Origin: a virus
Lineage: Duplodnaviria; Caudoviricetes
Virus record (IMG/VR): IMGVR_UViG_3300015370_000014
Span: 7,016 to 71,015 of that record
DNA length: 64,000 nucleotides
Direction: 5' to 3' (one strand)
Each line of letters opens with the position of its first letter. The first letter of the stretch is position 1. Below are positions 26,509 through 39,100 of the stretch, piece after piece. The notes beneath the pieces are model-generated. The model had not been told where the DNA came from, ran no database searches, and saw nothing but the letters and a program-made list of their open reading frames with translations. The position numbers and the translations under genes were made by a program.

Positions 26509-27039
26509 ATGACTGTCAATATAACTACGACTCGCGACCCTAATACCAAATCAAATGTTGTCGTTGAGGAGCCTATTACTGTTGATGGGACCGTCGACGT
26601 TGGTAATACTGTCACTGTTGCGGGGACCGTCGACGTTGGTAATACCGTTACAGTAGACGGTACTATCGACCTTGGTCTGGCGACAGTTTCGGGTACAGTT
26701 AACGTTGGTAATACTGTCACTGTTGCGGGGGCGGTTGATGCTACTGAGTTGACTACTCAGAAGGTGTATGGTACACCTACTCCGGTGGCGTTTTTGACTA
26801 TAGCAGGTACTACTGAATCCAGTTTTACGATGGACCCCTCCTCAGTTTATTTGCTACAAAGCCCTGATACCGAGGTACAATTCAAGCTATACCCATTTGG
26901 GGACACTCCTGGAGCGCTTTATTGTAGGGTACACGCTAACACAGACTTCCCATTTACTTCAGCCGCAGGTACCCCCGCGATTACCGTATCAGGTACTACA
27001 GGCGCTACAGGTACTGCTATACTGGTGAAGCTGACCTAA
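26509..27039 (+). CDS. Small virion-like protein with 12-aa T-V repeats
   Basis: AGGAG RBS; repeated TVTVAGTVDVGN units. Confidence 0.75.
   Translation: MTVNITTTRDPNTKSNVVVEEPITVDGTVDVGNTVTVAGTVDVGNTVTVDGTIDLGLATVSGTVNVGNTVTVAGAVDATELTTQKVYGTPTPVAFLTIAGTTESSFTMDPSSVYLLQSPDTEVQFKLYPFGDTPGALYCRVHANTDFPFTSAAGTPAITVSGTTGATGTAILVKLT
26578..26739 (+). repeat. Coding tandem repeat, 36-bp unit
   Basis: ACTGTTGATGGGACCGTCGACGTTGGTAAT and ACTGTCACTGTTGCGGGGACCGTCGACGTTGGTAAT plus degenerate copies, about 4.5 units. Confidence 0.85.
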
Positions 27040-27063
27040 ATAGAGTGGGGGGGGGTAGGTTTA

Positions 27064-28014
27064 ATGGCCCGCGCTAAAAAATCGCTTTCTATTACGCACC
27101 CTGAGTTGGTTTTAGAGTGGGATTATGATAAAAACCAGGTTATAGGTTTGGCACCTGAGCAGGTTTCACACGGGTCTACTAAGAAAGTTTGGTGGCTGTG
27201 TGAAGAAGGCCATTCGTGGCAGGCCTACGTTTCTAATAGAACCAGGGGCATTGGCTGCCCTTTTTGCTCTGGCAGGAGGGTCCTACCCTCTACGAGTTTA
27301 GCTGTAGTTAACCCGGGGTTGGCGTGTGAGTGGGATTTTCAGAAAAATAAAGAGACTCCAGACCAGCTTTCATATGGTTCGACTAAGAATGTTTGGTGGC
27401 TTTGTGCACGAAGGCATAGCTGGAAAGCATCTTTAAACAATAGGTCTCAGGGTAAAGGCTGCCCGTACTGTTCTGGCCAGAAAGTGTGTTTAGACAATTG
27501 TCTCGCCACAATCAGTCCAGTACTTGCCAAGGAGTGGCACCCAACCAAGAATTTGCCCGGACTAACGCCAGAGACAATTACTGCGAGGTCGAATAGAAAA
27601 GTTTGGTGGCTTTGTGAGAAGGGGCACGAGTGGCGTTCCACAGTGAAGCACAGGGCAATAGGCTGTGGCTGCCCATATTGCGTTGGTGGTCGCATTTCTA
27701 AAGTGTCCCAGTTATGGCTCGACTCGTTGTGTGTTGAGCGACGGGAGGTTCGATTAGAGATAAGGAGTCAACACAGTAAAACCAATGTTTTTACGGTTGA
27801 CGGGTTCGACCCTACCACAAACACCGTCTATGAATTTCTCGGGAACTATTGGCACGGCAACCCCGAAGTGTTTGACCCAGAGGGGGTCAACCCCCGCACA
27901 TCCGAAAAGTACGGGGTTTTGTATCGGAGGACGCTGCGCCGTTTGGAACTGCTCAAGAAAGCAGGTTATACCGTTGTTTTTATTTGGGAGAATGATTTCA
28001 AGAAGTTAAATTAA
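27064..28014 (+). CDS. Zinc-ribbon repeat (3 repeats) Vsr/EDxHD-like putative homing endonuclease
   Basis: Three DUF4379-like repeats, then VDGFDPTTNTVYEFLGNYWHGNP...IWEND. Confidence 0.8.
   Translation: MARAKKSLSITHPELVLEWDYDKNQVIGLAPEQVSHGSTKKVWWLCEEGHSWQAYVSNRTRGIGCPFCSGRRVLPSTSLAVVNPGLACEWDFQKNKETPDQLSYGSTKNVWWLCARRHSWKASLNNRSQGKGCPYCSGQKVCLDNCLATISPVLAKEWHPTKNLPGLTPETITARSNRKVWWLCEKGHEWRSTVKHRAIGCGCPYCVGGRISKVSQLWLDSLCVERREVRLEIRSQHSKTNVFTVDGFDPTTNTVYEFLGNYWHGNPEVFDPEGVNPRTSEKYGVLYRRTLRRLELLKKAGYTVVFIWENDFKKLN
27795..27991 (+). repeat. 197-bp direct repeat, copy 1 (copy 2 at 62386-62582)
   Basis: Manual alignment gives 195/197 identity (two C/T differences), spanning the nuclease domain. 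Confidence 0.9.
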
Positions 28015-28035
28015 TAGGTTTTCGGAGGGAGCATT

Positions 28036-28296
28036 ATGGTAGATTTGGGCCAGGATAAGGCAAGGTCAAAACAAAAGTTAAAGTTGGAGATTAAACAACG
28101 AATTACGGAAATGTTTTCCAGTATTCTGGATTATACGGAGGTAGCAGTAGGAGACCCTGATAGGTATAACGCATTGCGCGGTAAAATCCTTCGGGTTTCC
28201 AACGATACTATCAGGGATGTAGAACGGATGTTGGATAAGGAGTACACTGTGGAATTTATTCCCACGAATGACGTAGTAGTTATAAGGCCCAGGTAA
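28036..28296 (+). CDS. Small helical hypothetical protein of the tail cluster
   Basis: 86 aa, GGAGG RBS, upstream of the chaperones. Confidence 0.65.
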   Translation: MVDLGQDKARSKQKLKLEIKQRITEMFSSILDYTEVAVGDPDRYNALRGKILRVSNDTIRDVERMLDKEYTVEFIPTNDVVVIRPR

Positions 28297-28321
28297 GGCG
28301 TATTACGGATAGGAGATTACA

Positions 28322-29071
28322 ATGTCTAATGAGCTTGAGAGAACTTTTGAAGCTGAAGGTAAGACCTATAAGCTTATCCTGCCCTCGAGTGAATCTGTGA
28401 GACTCGCCGATTGGTATTACAGTAAAACATACAATGAAGCTATGCAAAAAGGCATCAGTACTCACTCTGAGATGATGGACATTCTACGTACTCGGGGTAT
28501 TGTAGGTCCAGAGCACGACCTGCAGCTCGAGAAGCTACAGGAGCAGCTCGGCGATAAGATTGTAGCTATGGAGTTGGAAACAGACAGGGGCAAGAGGCTT
28601 AACCTGGCTGTCGAGGTAGCAGGTCTTCGGCAGGATTTGTTTGATTGGCACCACAGGGTTAACAGCCCCCTAAGTCATACCTGTGAGAGTCTCGCGGACA
28701 GCGCACGCACAGATTATCTAACGGCTTGTATGGTTCAGGATGACACAGGCAAGTTGAAGTGGCCCACATTTGACGCCTTTGCTAATGCGGATGATAGGGC
28801 GCTTGCTATGCAGGCTCGTATGCAGGTGATGTTGTTTATGCAGGGCTTGGCACAGGACTTTCTTACCAGAGTTCCGGAGCGTCAGGTGCTTGATGACCTT
28901 GCTGCCCAGGATGCTGCGGCTGCCGACGCGGCAGCTGTGGCGGAGATAGAGGCCGAGAGGTCGGAGGAGCTTGAGCTCGTAGCAACTGCGGATGCCCTCG
29001 AGGGCCCGCCAGAGCCCCCGACGCGGAAGCGGCGTAGGAAGAAGGGACCCGCCAGCAGCGAAGAGGAGTAG
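28322..29071 (+). CDS. Putative tail assembly chaperone 1
   Basis: Helical acidic protein between the tube and TMP genes; AGGAG RBS. Confidence 0.55.
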   Translation: MSNELERTFEAEGKTYKLILPSSESVRLADWYYSKTYNEAMQKGISTHSEMMDILRTRGIVGPEHDLQLEKLQEQLGDKIVAMELETDRGKRLNLAVEVAGLRQDLFDWHHRVNSPLSHTCESLADSARTDYLTACMVQDDTGKLKWPTFDAFANADDRALAMQARMQVMLFMQGLAQDFLTRVPERQVLDDLAAQDAAAADAAAVAEIEAERSEELELVATADALEGPPEPPTRKRRRKKGPASSEEE

Positions 29072-29076
29072 CCTCT

Positions 29077-30111
29077 ATGGACTTAACCTACGAAGAGGTT
29101 GAGTCCCTCATAAGCCAGATTATGTTAGGGCAAAAACTCGTCTCTATAAGTAGGGACGGGTTTTCCTCCCTGCTTCTTCTTAAGCACCCTACCAGGGAAG
29201 ATTTGCAGCAGTCGGACTACGTACTGTTGAAGGCCCTGGAATTTGGCCGAAAGCTGGGGCTGCCAACCATAGAGGATATGGAAAAGCAGCTTGAGAAGCG
29301 TGGTATATGGGGTCAACCAGAGCAGGACGAGATAAAGAAACTTCAGGCCAGCCTGGCAGGCCAAGAAGCTGTTCTGTCTAAAACTACACGAGTGCCTATG
29401 AGGCGCGACCGCTTAGTAGGTATCATAGATGACTTAAAGTCCCAGATTCTGACAATACAGCGTAGGAAAGAATTGTTCCTGGAGCATACTGTAGAGCGTA
29501 AGGCAGAAGAAGAGAGGCTTTTGTATCTTACATCTCGTTGCGTGTTTGACCCAGAGACTGGGGAGCGTCTTTGGCCCACCCTAAAAAGCTTCAAGGCAGA
29601 GACCGAGGTGATGTTTCGACGGGATGTTGCCTTGGAATTCACGATTTTTTCGATGGGGGTACCTACTAAAACCCTCAGGTATTTAGCCAGAAGCTCCCAA
29701 TGGGCAGTTCGTTATTTAGCTGCTCAAAAGCAAGGGGGTAAGCTATTCAAACGCCCCATTTATGATTATTCTATTGATATGCTTCATCTAATGCACTGGA
29801 CTGCTTTCTACCAGTCGCTCCACGAAATGATGGCAGCAGATAGGCCTGACCCAAGTATTATCGATGACGATTTCGCGCTGGACAAGTTTATGGATGATTA
29901 CTTCGACCGTATCAAGAAGGAGTCCGCCGCGGAAAGGATGAAGAAGGCCAGCGGGAAGAACGCTACTGCGTGGAATCACAATGAGTTGATTATCACCAAG
30001 TCCAACCCCGTCTTTGAAGATGTAGATTTCTCTAAGACCCCCGCCCAAAAAGCACGTGAGAAGGGGAACACCTCAGTAGTAGAAATCGCCGAAAAAGCCA
30101 AGAAACGATAG
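29077..30111 (+). CDS. Putative tail assembly chaperone 2
   Basis: Directly upstream of the TMP; shares a C..D..TG...WPT...F motif with chaperone 1. Confidence 0.55.
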   Translation: MDLTYEEVESLISQIMLGQKLVSISRDGFSSLLLLKHPTREDLQQSDYVLLKALEFGRKLGLPTIEDMEKQLEKRGIWGQPEQDEIKKLQASLAGQEAVLSKTTRVPMRRDRLVGIIDDLKSQILTIQRRKELFLEHTVERKAEEERLLYLTSRCVFDPETGERLWPTLKSFKAETEVMFRRDVALEFTIFSMGVPTKTLRYLARSSQWAVRYLAAQKQGGKLFKRPIYDYSIDMLHLMHWTAFYQSLHEMMAADRPDPSIIDDDFALDKFMDDYFDRIKKESAAERMKKASGKNATAWNHNELIITKSNPVFEDVDFSKTPAQKAREKGNTSVVEIAEKAKKR

Positions 30112-30129
30112 GCACAGGCAAGGACAACT

Positions 30130-33100
30130 ATGGCGGACTCAAACTTTAAGTTCAATCTCGATGCTGTGCTTAATCTTAAGGCGGGTGATACCTCCGAGAT
30201 TGAGGCTGCGCTAAAGAAGCTTAAAAGTACCGTAGATATGGAGGCGGTTGGGCTAAAGGCCGCTCAAAGCTCTGCTATTAAAACTCAGGTGGATGCTTTT
30301 CAGGGGGTTATGACCTCTGTTTCTAAAATCATCACTAACAGCCTTCCTCGAGGTGGTACGTCTAAAGTAGATAGCGCCGCAGCCAGCATTACTAAGATTG
30401 TGGATGCCCTTTCCAGTGTTCCTGCTGCCCTGGGGGGCTCTGCTTCCCGTAGTATTAATACATCTGCTACTAACATTCAGAAGTTAGTGGGCATTCTTGA
30501 GAAACTCCCTGAGACAGTCGGCGGCGTAGCCTCTTCAGTAAACTCACTGAAGAAGGCTGCGAACTCGCTTAAGGCGTCTGCCGATAACGCAGGCGAGTCG
30601 ACCCGAAAGGTTAGGTCGGGTGGGTCTCGTGGCGGCGCTAACGTACCTCCTCCCCCAGGTTCGGGTGGGTCTGGGGGCGCCGGTGGTGGCGGCGGGCGCG
30701 ATTGGGCTAATGAGTTGGAGGCCTCCTGTCAGAAGGTATCCGCCAGCCTGAAGGGTTTGGCTGGCGCTGTTGATACTATCCAGCAGGCGATTTCTGCACA
30801 CGCTGCTTCTATTAAAGCCTCCGCCTCTAACGTTTCTGCCATAGCGGCGGCCGGAGCTGGTCCGCAGCACGCAGCACACAGCAGCGCACCTCCTCCTGAC
30901 CCCTTTAGCTATTCTTCGTCTAACGTTCGGGAAACTGCAGCGAAGCTACGTCGCCGAGAGAAGAATAAAGCTGTTCCCGGAGAGATAAAGGATACAGACC
31001 TTACGGAACTAATTACAGCCCTACATAAGCTTATAGCTTCTGCGGTTAGTGGCCCTCGTGCTCAGTTTACGACTGTGCTAGAGATTATGAGGTCCAAGCT
31101 TCCTGATGGGTTGAAAGCTTACGCGGACCGTTTGGAGGCTGTTTTTACAAGCGTTAATTCAACAGTGCGCGAGCGCCGAAATGCTTTTTCAGACCTTCGG
31201 AAGAAAGTCAAGAAAGACGTTCGTAGCGAGCTGGGCAGCCAATTTTCTAACGATAAGTTTAACCAAGCCTGGGTTGCTTTAGACCGCAGCGTCTCGCTTT
31301 CTCTAGCGGAGGCATTACTAGACAAGGTAAGGGAGGCGCAGCGTGCTGTGGACGCTGCTCTCGCTTCGGGTGCCCCCACTAATAAGGTAGAACGGTTAAA
31401 GGGAAATCTTATAGAAGCAACTACGGACCTGGCTGAGGGAGTTCGTAGGGGTGCGTTTGATAAAGCGGGCCAGCTTAAGAGAGGCGGAAAGAATCCTTAT
31501 GTAGATGAAGGTGGGGTACCTTTGCCTGGCCTGGAGGGCCTAAACGCTGCTACGGGCAGGGGCCTTTCTAAAGTAGGGCAGGAGTGGAAGAATTGGCTCG
31601 AAACTATAGTGAATGGTACCGATAAGGAGTTCGAGAATCTACGCAAGCACTTTAAGGTATCAGCCACAGACAGAGTTAAGGCAGCTCAGGAGATTTATGG
31701 GAAAGAAGTAAAGAGGGGGGACCTTTCGTCCGCTCGCGATATTTCTGCGGTTTCTGGTATGATTATTGAGGCGGGCCCTAATGAGTTTAAGGTAGCCGCC
31801 CAGCTACGGGGGTTTTTTGAGCGTGCTTTAACCCAGGCTACCGAGGGTAGGATTCCAACTAAACTTACCCCAGCAGCCCAGCAGAAGCAGATAGTAAATT
31901 TAGCAGGCACGGGAGGAGCGACAAGAGCTGCAGCTATGGCGGTAGGCGGTGGTTTATTTAAAAACGAGGGTGGGCAAGTAGTAAAGCGTGATTTCTCAGA
32001 TTTGGAAGGTATAACGAAGCGAATCTATAGTAGCCTGGCCCGCTACAAGCTGCCTATTGTAGAGATGGATGAGGCTATTTCGGCTGTTATCCAGAACTTG
32101 AAGAGTGTCAAAGGGTTGGATTTGTTTGATGAGGGACAGATAAACCGCCTTGTAACTAGTTTCAGGCTGCTGCAAAGGGAACGCGCTGCGTCTGCTGCGG
32201 TACGAGAAGAGAAAGCCCAACCAGCTACTGTCTACGGTATGTCGGCTTTCTCGGGCTTGTCGAGTGAGGTCTTAAAAGCACTCCAAGGCGTTAATGGTCT
32301 GAAAACTCCCACCGAGATTGTTAGGAAAATCTTTGGTGGTTTGAGGGGTAACGCGGCGGAGGCTCGGAAGCAAGTACAAGAGCTTGAAATAGAAATGGCT
32401 CGTGCCAGTAAGCACCACATCGAGCTTGGTATAGACCCAGAGCAGCTTCGTGCTGGACTTACAGCAGCACGCCAGGTTAGGACAGCTGTGGAGAAGGGCA
32501 CTACTCCTCTTGGCGCTACGAGGGAGCAGTCTTTCTCGCACTTCGGTCGTGTTGTTGCTGAGCATCGTGCTAAAATGGAATCGCAGCTCGCTGCGGGTAC
32601 GAATATTCGACCAACCACGTTTGACTTTCACGTGCCAGATGAAGCAACCGGCCAGCTAAAGAAGCTAACTACGACTATTAATACAACCCGCGATAGCTAC
32701 GGGAAGCTAAAGGTCACCGCTCAGGCAGCTAATGCTACGATGGCGAGTAGGGTAGACTTGACCACCGCGCTACGAAGGGTAGCGTTGTGGGGTGCTGCCT
32801 CCGGGTTGCTGTATGGCTCCTTGTCTATTTTGCGGAGTGGGTTGAGCACTATTACGACGGTGGAGACGGGTGTAATCAAGGTTGGTAAGGTAATACAACG
32901 GTCCATCGCCGACTTTGCTGCTTTTAGGCAGGAAGTACTGAATACTGCTAACACAATTACTTCTACTTTTGGTACCTCTATAGAGTCTGTTCTTGAGACA
33001 ATGTTTACGTTTGCTCAGCAGGGTTTGGAGCTGCCCGATGTTAGTTCTGCCAGTAGGGTAACCGCCCTCGCGGAGAATGTCACATCTCTGGACGCACCTA

Positions 33101-36100
33101 AGGCAGCAGAGGCCCTGACGGCTGCTTTCCAACAGTTTGGCTTTGAAGTTTCGCAGTCTGAGCGTATTTTGGATTCGTGGAACGAGGTAGCTAATAAAAC
33201 GGCCGTAACGGAAACGGTGCTCGCAGAGGCAACGAAGAAGGCTGGTACTGCAGCTCGTGGGGCGGGTGTAGACTTCGATAGCTTCAACGGTTTGGTGTCT
33301 GCTATTGGTTCCGCAACTCGGCAAACTGGTAAAGAAATTGGTACCTCCCTTCGTTTTATTTTTCAGAGGCTGACGAGGCCTGCTGCGGGTACCGCGCTTA
33401 AGCAGATTGGCGTAGAGGCACAGGATGCCGCGGGGAACTTTCGCGGGTTCTTACCCATCATAAAGGACTTGTCTACTAAGTGGGGAGACCTCTCACAGTC
33501 GCAGAAGCTGGCAGTAGCCCAGGCTACTGCGGGCATTAGACAGTACAATACCTTCTTGGTTGTAATGGAGAAGTACGATGAGTTTGTGAAGGCTGCTGCT
33601 ATTAGTTCAGCTTCCCAAGGCTCAGCGATGCGTGAGAACCAGGAGGTCATGAAGTCCGCGGTTAAACAGTGGGGTCTGTTTAAGGAGCAGGTTAAGCAGA
33701 GCGCTGTTCAGCTGGGTAGTGTGTTTTTGCCTGTGGCCAAACTTGTTCTTGGGTCCGTGACAAGCCTTGCGACGTCTTTCAATACGCTTCCTACTGCGCT
33801 TAAGGCAGCTGTAGGTGGTATGGCGTTGTTCGGTGTTGCGTCTCTAAAGGTTGGTGAGCGCTTAGACCATATCTTGATGTCCCTTTCAACTCTTCCAGGT
33901 CAAGGTGCGGGTCTTTTTGCGGCGCTCACAGGCTCAATTAGGTCAATAGGGGCTGGAAGGTCACTAGAGTCGTTAAGTGATACCGCGAGACAGCTTGTGG
34001 AGGCTAACCCCCTTCGTAGGGTTTCAGTACAGGTGGGAGATTTTTCCAAGAATGCCATAAAGGCGATGTGGGATACTTCGGGGGCAACAGCTGGTACAGT
34101 TGCTGCATTTTCTGCACTTGGAAGCACTGGTATCCATTCTACTAGCGAGCTTAGCAAGTTTAGTTTAGCGGTTAGAGCTGTTGATTCTTCAACAGGTAAG
34201 GCAGCTCTTAACGTGTCTGATATGAATTCGTTGCTTGGCAAGCTTGGGCTTACTATAGCTAGGGTTGGGCAATCTTTCGCAGGGTTTGGTTTAGTGGCTG
34301 TTACCGCAATCGCTTCTGTTATCCCCGGTATAAAGAATATGACCGAAAGGATGACTCTCGCGCAGGGCGCGGCAGCTGTAGCTCAGAAAGGGTTCTGGGC
34401 TTCTTTTATTGGGTTCGCCGGTCTGACTGCAGCTGTTGTTGGTGGTTTTTATGCGCTCTCACGTGCGTATAGTAGTATTACTGAGACCGGTATTGAAGCC
34501 GCAGACAAGATGAAGCAGCCTATTGCTAAGATGGAAGAGCAGCTTTCAATTGCTAAGAAAGCTGCTTTAGAGCTCAAGGCCTATGAAACAGCTCAGCTTC
34601 GACTTAATGCTGCCCAATCGAAAACTCCCCAGGATGTGGAAAAGGACAAGGCTCGTGGGAAACACGTGCCACCGGAATTACAGGCGCTGAAGCTGGCAGC
34701 ATCTCAATCCGATGCAGTAGTATCTTTGGGCTCTGGCGCTGTGGACGCGGTGGTGGGGTTTGATAAGCTGGGCAACGCAGTTCTACGTGCTGATACCTCC
34801 CTGGGAGGGTTTAATAACTCTGCGGTGAGGGCAATAGCTCTCAGCATAGCACTAAAGAAAGCACAGCAGGCCGGCCACTTGGCCTCTGAGTTGACTGGTA
34901 GTACCTTTTTCCAGAGCGCTCGTCTGGTGGAGAAGTATAATATTGCTGTAGGCAGGCTGCGTTCGGGCTTGTCAGCGTATGCCTCAGCTACGAAGAGCTT
35001 GCCTGATATAGGGGCGGTAAGCAGCTCTCAGGGGATGAAGGCCTTCAGGAAGGCTATCGCAGCTACCTCCGTCGAGGCAACTAAATATGGAGCCCAGCTC
35101 AAGGTTGTCGAATACCGCCTGGAGTCGTTGATGGGTACCTTGGACAAGGATACCCCAGCTGAATTTTTCCAGACCCTCGGAGATACAAAAGAGGGCCCGA
35201 AGATTCTGGCTGCGCTCGCTGACATTGCGAACAAGACACTTACTCCCGCCCTTGGTAAGGCTGCTACAGGTGTAGATGTTCTCAATCAGTTGTTGTTAAA
35301 GACGAAGACAGGGTTAAAGGATATTGGGCCTATCGGAGAGGTTACACTTAAGAGGTTTGAGTCCAAGAAGATAAGTGCTCTACCAATATCTAAGACCAAC
35401 GTAACGGCTCTTAGAGATGAGATTAAGAAAGGGAACGCCGATTTTAATAATGCCATAGTTACCTTTAAAATGCCTGGTAAGAATACCTTGGAGCAGGGAA
35501 GGCTCCTGCTTGATAAAGAAAGCCAGCTTATTGTTGAGCGTCTCAATAAAGCAGGGCAGTTAGTTAGGGACCGCGTGTCGGACTTACTAAATAGTGTTAC
35601 TGACGTTAAGGTGACCCCTGTCAACCGGCTTTCTAGGGTAGTAGGGGAGGAGATTGACAGGGTAAAGACAATTGTTACTGGCGCAGGCGCGGGTACTGCG
35701 TTTACTGGGCAGATTAATCTGGGTGCGCGCCTGGACCTTGACCTGACACCCCAGCAGCGTGTGGCCCGAGAGCTCCCTAAACTTTTCCAGCAGGCAGCTA
35801 AGGCGCAGCGTGAATATAATACTGCGTTGAAGAGCTTTAACGAGATTACAAAGAATGCTACAGAGGCAACTCCGGGCCTATCTGCAAACTTGCGCGCCAA
35901 GGCTGCAGAACTTAACACTACTTCTTTTATTTTGCGCTTGGCAACTGACCTCCAGCAGCTTGGTCAGGCAGCAGAAAAAGCTGCTTATGCTATAGAGACT
36001 GCTAGTATAGGTAGGTCTGTAGACGATTTTTTGGCCTCGTTTAGAGTTGGAGCAGACAAGGGGATAGTGGCCTCCCGGGCTTTTAAGCCCACTCCTACGG

Positions 36101-39100
36101 CGGGCGAGCTCACAACAGACCAGAAATTCAATAGAGATTTTGGGAAACAGATTGATAAGATGGCTGCTGATACGGATACATCCAAGGCTCAGGCTGTGCA
36201 GCTGAAGGCTACGCAGCGGCTTTCTGCGGATATCCCCCTACTGTTTAAGCAGTTTAAGTCTTCGTTAGGTAAGACAGGCGCTCCCTCCGATATTGTATCT
36301 TTGGTACACAACATACAATCGTCTACAGACGCTAAGAGCGCTTTAGAGAAGACATTCCAGAGTAAGGCTTTTACGCAGCGTCAATCTCAGGTTTTGCTGG
36401 CAGCCCAAACTCTGGACGCTACTAATAAAGTGGGCTCGGAGGTTGGACGGCTGGCTACGGCTATGGGTGCCCCCGCCAAAAAAGAAGTGCTATCTACTAG
36501 AGATGCCGCCCAGCAGCAGCAGCTCCAGAAGCAAGTTGCTTCAGCATCCGCCCAGGCCTTGAAAGATGGATTTACCGCTTATGCTATAAGTAGGCGGCCC
36601 AAGGAGGCTTCGCAGGGCGAGAAGTTTTTGAAGCCGGATAGGATGGCCGCCAGTATTGCTAAGGGCGTTACAGACCCAATATCCAGGATGATAGCTGAGG
36701 CTGTGAATAAGGGGGATACCTCCGACCAGACGATAAATAAGATTGTACAAGCTTACCGGAACCTCACCAGTAGTGAGCTTAAAGCAACCACCACATCAAT
36801 TAACGCGCTTTATGACTATGCTGCGCGTATTGGGGAAACATCCCCAGATATGATGAGCGCAATAACCGCTCGGCAGGGTAAGGAAGCTTTAGCAGAAAGG
36901 CTTCGTCTGGAGGAGAAGTTTGCCAGCTCGTCCGACGCGCCCGCGACTATTAAAAAGGCCATCGAGGCTGCTATTGCGGTCAAGAAAAATGCTCCTGCGG
37001 CTACTGTCGATACTACAAAGGTAGCCAACTTCGGTAAGGCACTGGACCTCGCCGAGAAAAGTATACTAAGGCAATATGGTGCTTCTAAGGATAGATTGTC
37101 AGCAGAAGCAGGAGCTACAAAGTCTCTTATCAGTTTCAAGCAAGAGGTTAGTAGCAGCCTCTACGCAGTTAGTGCTTTCGCGCATAAGATAGGGGAGGCA
37201 ACGCGTAATATAAAGAGCCAGCTTGCGGGTAAGGATGTTGACCGGAAGCTCTCCGGCCCCCTCGCTGGCGCAATGCGTGGCCTGCTGACCTCCAGCCCTG
37301 ATATCGGAAAGTCTAAGGAAGACCTGTCGCCGATTGAGCGTCTTCAAAAGACCTTTGGCACTATTTTTCAGACGGTGGAAGACTTTCAATCAACCATTCG
37401 CCCTGAATCGCTGCGCGTGTTGAAATCCCTCGGCTTGGAGATTACTAAGGGGGAAGAGCGGCTTGCTACTATTCGCCAGAATAAAACAGAAGAGGGTGTA
37501 AGGGCTTCTCTGGCTATTGGTGGTGCGCTCGATGCCGAGAAGGATATTCGCGATAAGCTGATTCGTGTTATTCAGTCTTCTAATGTGGAGATTGGTAAGT
37601 TTGCTGAGCAGGCTCGCAGGTTGGTTATCCTCGAGGACGCCAAGAAAAAAATAGAGGGCCTCGTTGCCTCGTTGGAAGTTGCCTCCAGGATTCGGTTTGA
37701 TACCACCTCCATTGATAAGGCTTTGGGGCGCAGCCCCTTCTCTATCCAACCCGCTCAGTTTGGTCAGAAGACTGCTGACTTGGATAAATTTCAGCAGCGC
37801 GAAGAGCAGCTTAAGACGCAGCTTGCCCAGGGTGTTACGGCAGACCAGTATCGGAACATTCAGAATGAGCTGAAGAAGTTAGAGTTTGATAAGAAAGAAG
37901 TTGGTATTACAGAGCAGCAGGGTAAGGAGCGTGAGAAGCTTTCTGCGGAGATTAACGCGGGCAAGCAGGCGCTCCAGACTCTGGCAGAGGCCGAGAGGCG
38001 TGGTGCTCCAGTTGGCAATCTGATAGAGGTAATCAAGTCAGAGATGGCTACCGCTGGGGATGTTTTTGAGACGGGCGGCAAAAAGTACTTCAGAGGTCTT
38101 CCTTCCCTACAGAACCTTTCAGGTGAGCTTACTAAGATACAGGAAGGGAATACCAAGGCCGCGCTTGAAAACCAGCGCAAGATTACACTCGGACCTTTGG
38201 AGGATTTGACAAAATTCAGCAATGCAAAGTTGGAGGAAATTGCTAAGAATACCGCAGCTTTTAACTCATTCGTAGACAAGCAGGCGTTGGCTAAGAAAGA
38301 AGTAGCCGCTCAGATTGACGCCGCCGGGCCCACTTCTGGAGAGAGGTCTCCTGATGCTCAGCAGCTCTCTGACGTGTACAAGAAGGTACTGGGTAAGGAC
38401 TTTGAGAAGCTGCTGGGAGAAGGTTCTGCCCCCTCCGATGTGGTAGTAGGGTTTACAGGGAAGCTGTCTTCTGCGACGGACGTAGTCCAGGTATTTGCAG
38501 ATTCTCTACTCAAGGTGGCTACACGAGACGATACAGCCGCTAATAAGTTTGTGGACGCACTTACTTCGGGTAAGGACGAGTCCAAGCTGTTCGCCTCCGG
38601 CGGCGCTGTTTTTGGGCCGGGGGGAGTAGACCAAGTACCTGCTATGCTAACAGCAGGAGAGTTTGTTCTTCCCAAAAACGCTGTTCGTAGTCTTTCTTCT
38701 TCTTTCGGGAATAGTGTTCTTACTTCTCTACAGAGAGGAAGGCTCCCTCACTTTGCTACTGGGGGGCGTGTAAAGAGGCGAAAGGACTTGGAGCTTTTGG
38801 CAACGTCTCTCGGGATAGACTCCTCTGAGCTTGCTCCTGGAGAGGGGGTAGCAGGAACGCGCTCTCTTGGGACATACAGCACGAATGGCGCACCGGCCTT
38901 GCCCCCTGGTGCGGGGTTGCTATCCTCTGACTATAGTGGCCAGCTTGGCAGCGTTGAGTTCGCGGGTGATGCGTTAAAGGGTGCCAATAAAAAGGCAATC
39001 TATGACTTTGATGGTAGTCCCGTAAAAGGTAAGCTGTTCGTTGGAGTCACTAAGGACGGTAGGCTATCTTTTTCTGATTCCGAGGACTCCTCTAACTTTG

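Noticed and set aside
27795-27991. Diversity-generating retroelement TR/VR pair
   Set aside because: The two differences from copy 2 are C/T rather than adenine-specific, both copies are in coding nuclease domains, and I saw no reverse transcriptase in the window.
28322-30111. Programmed -1 frameshift joining the two tail chaperones (lambda G/GT type)
   Set aside because: No clear XXXYYYZ slippery site near the end of ORF 28322, and ORF 29077 has its own ATG.
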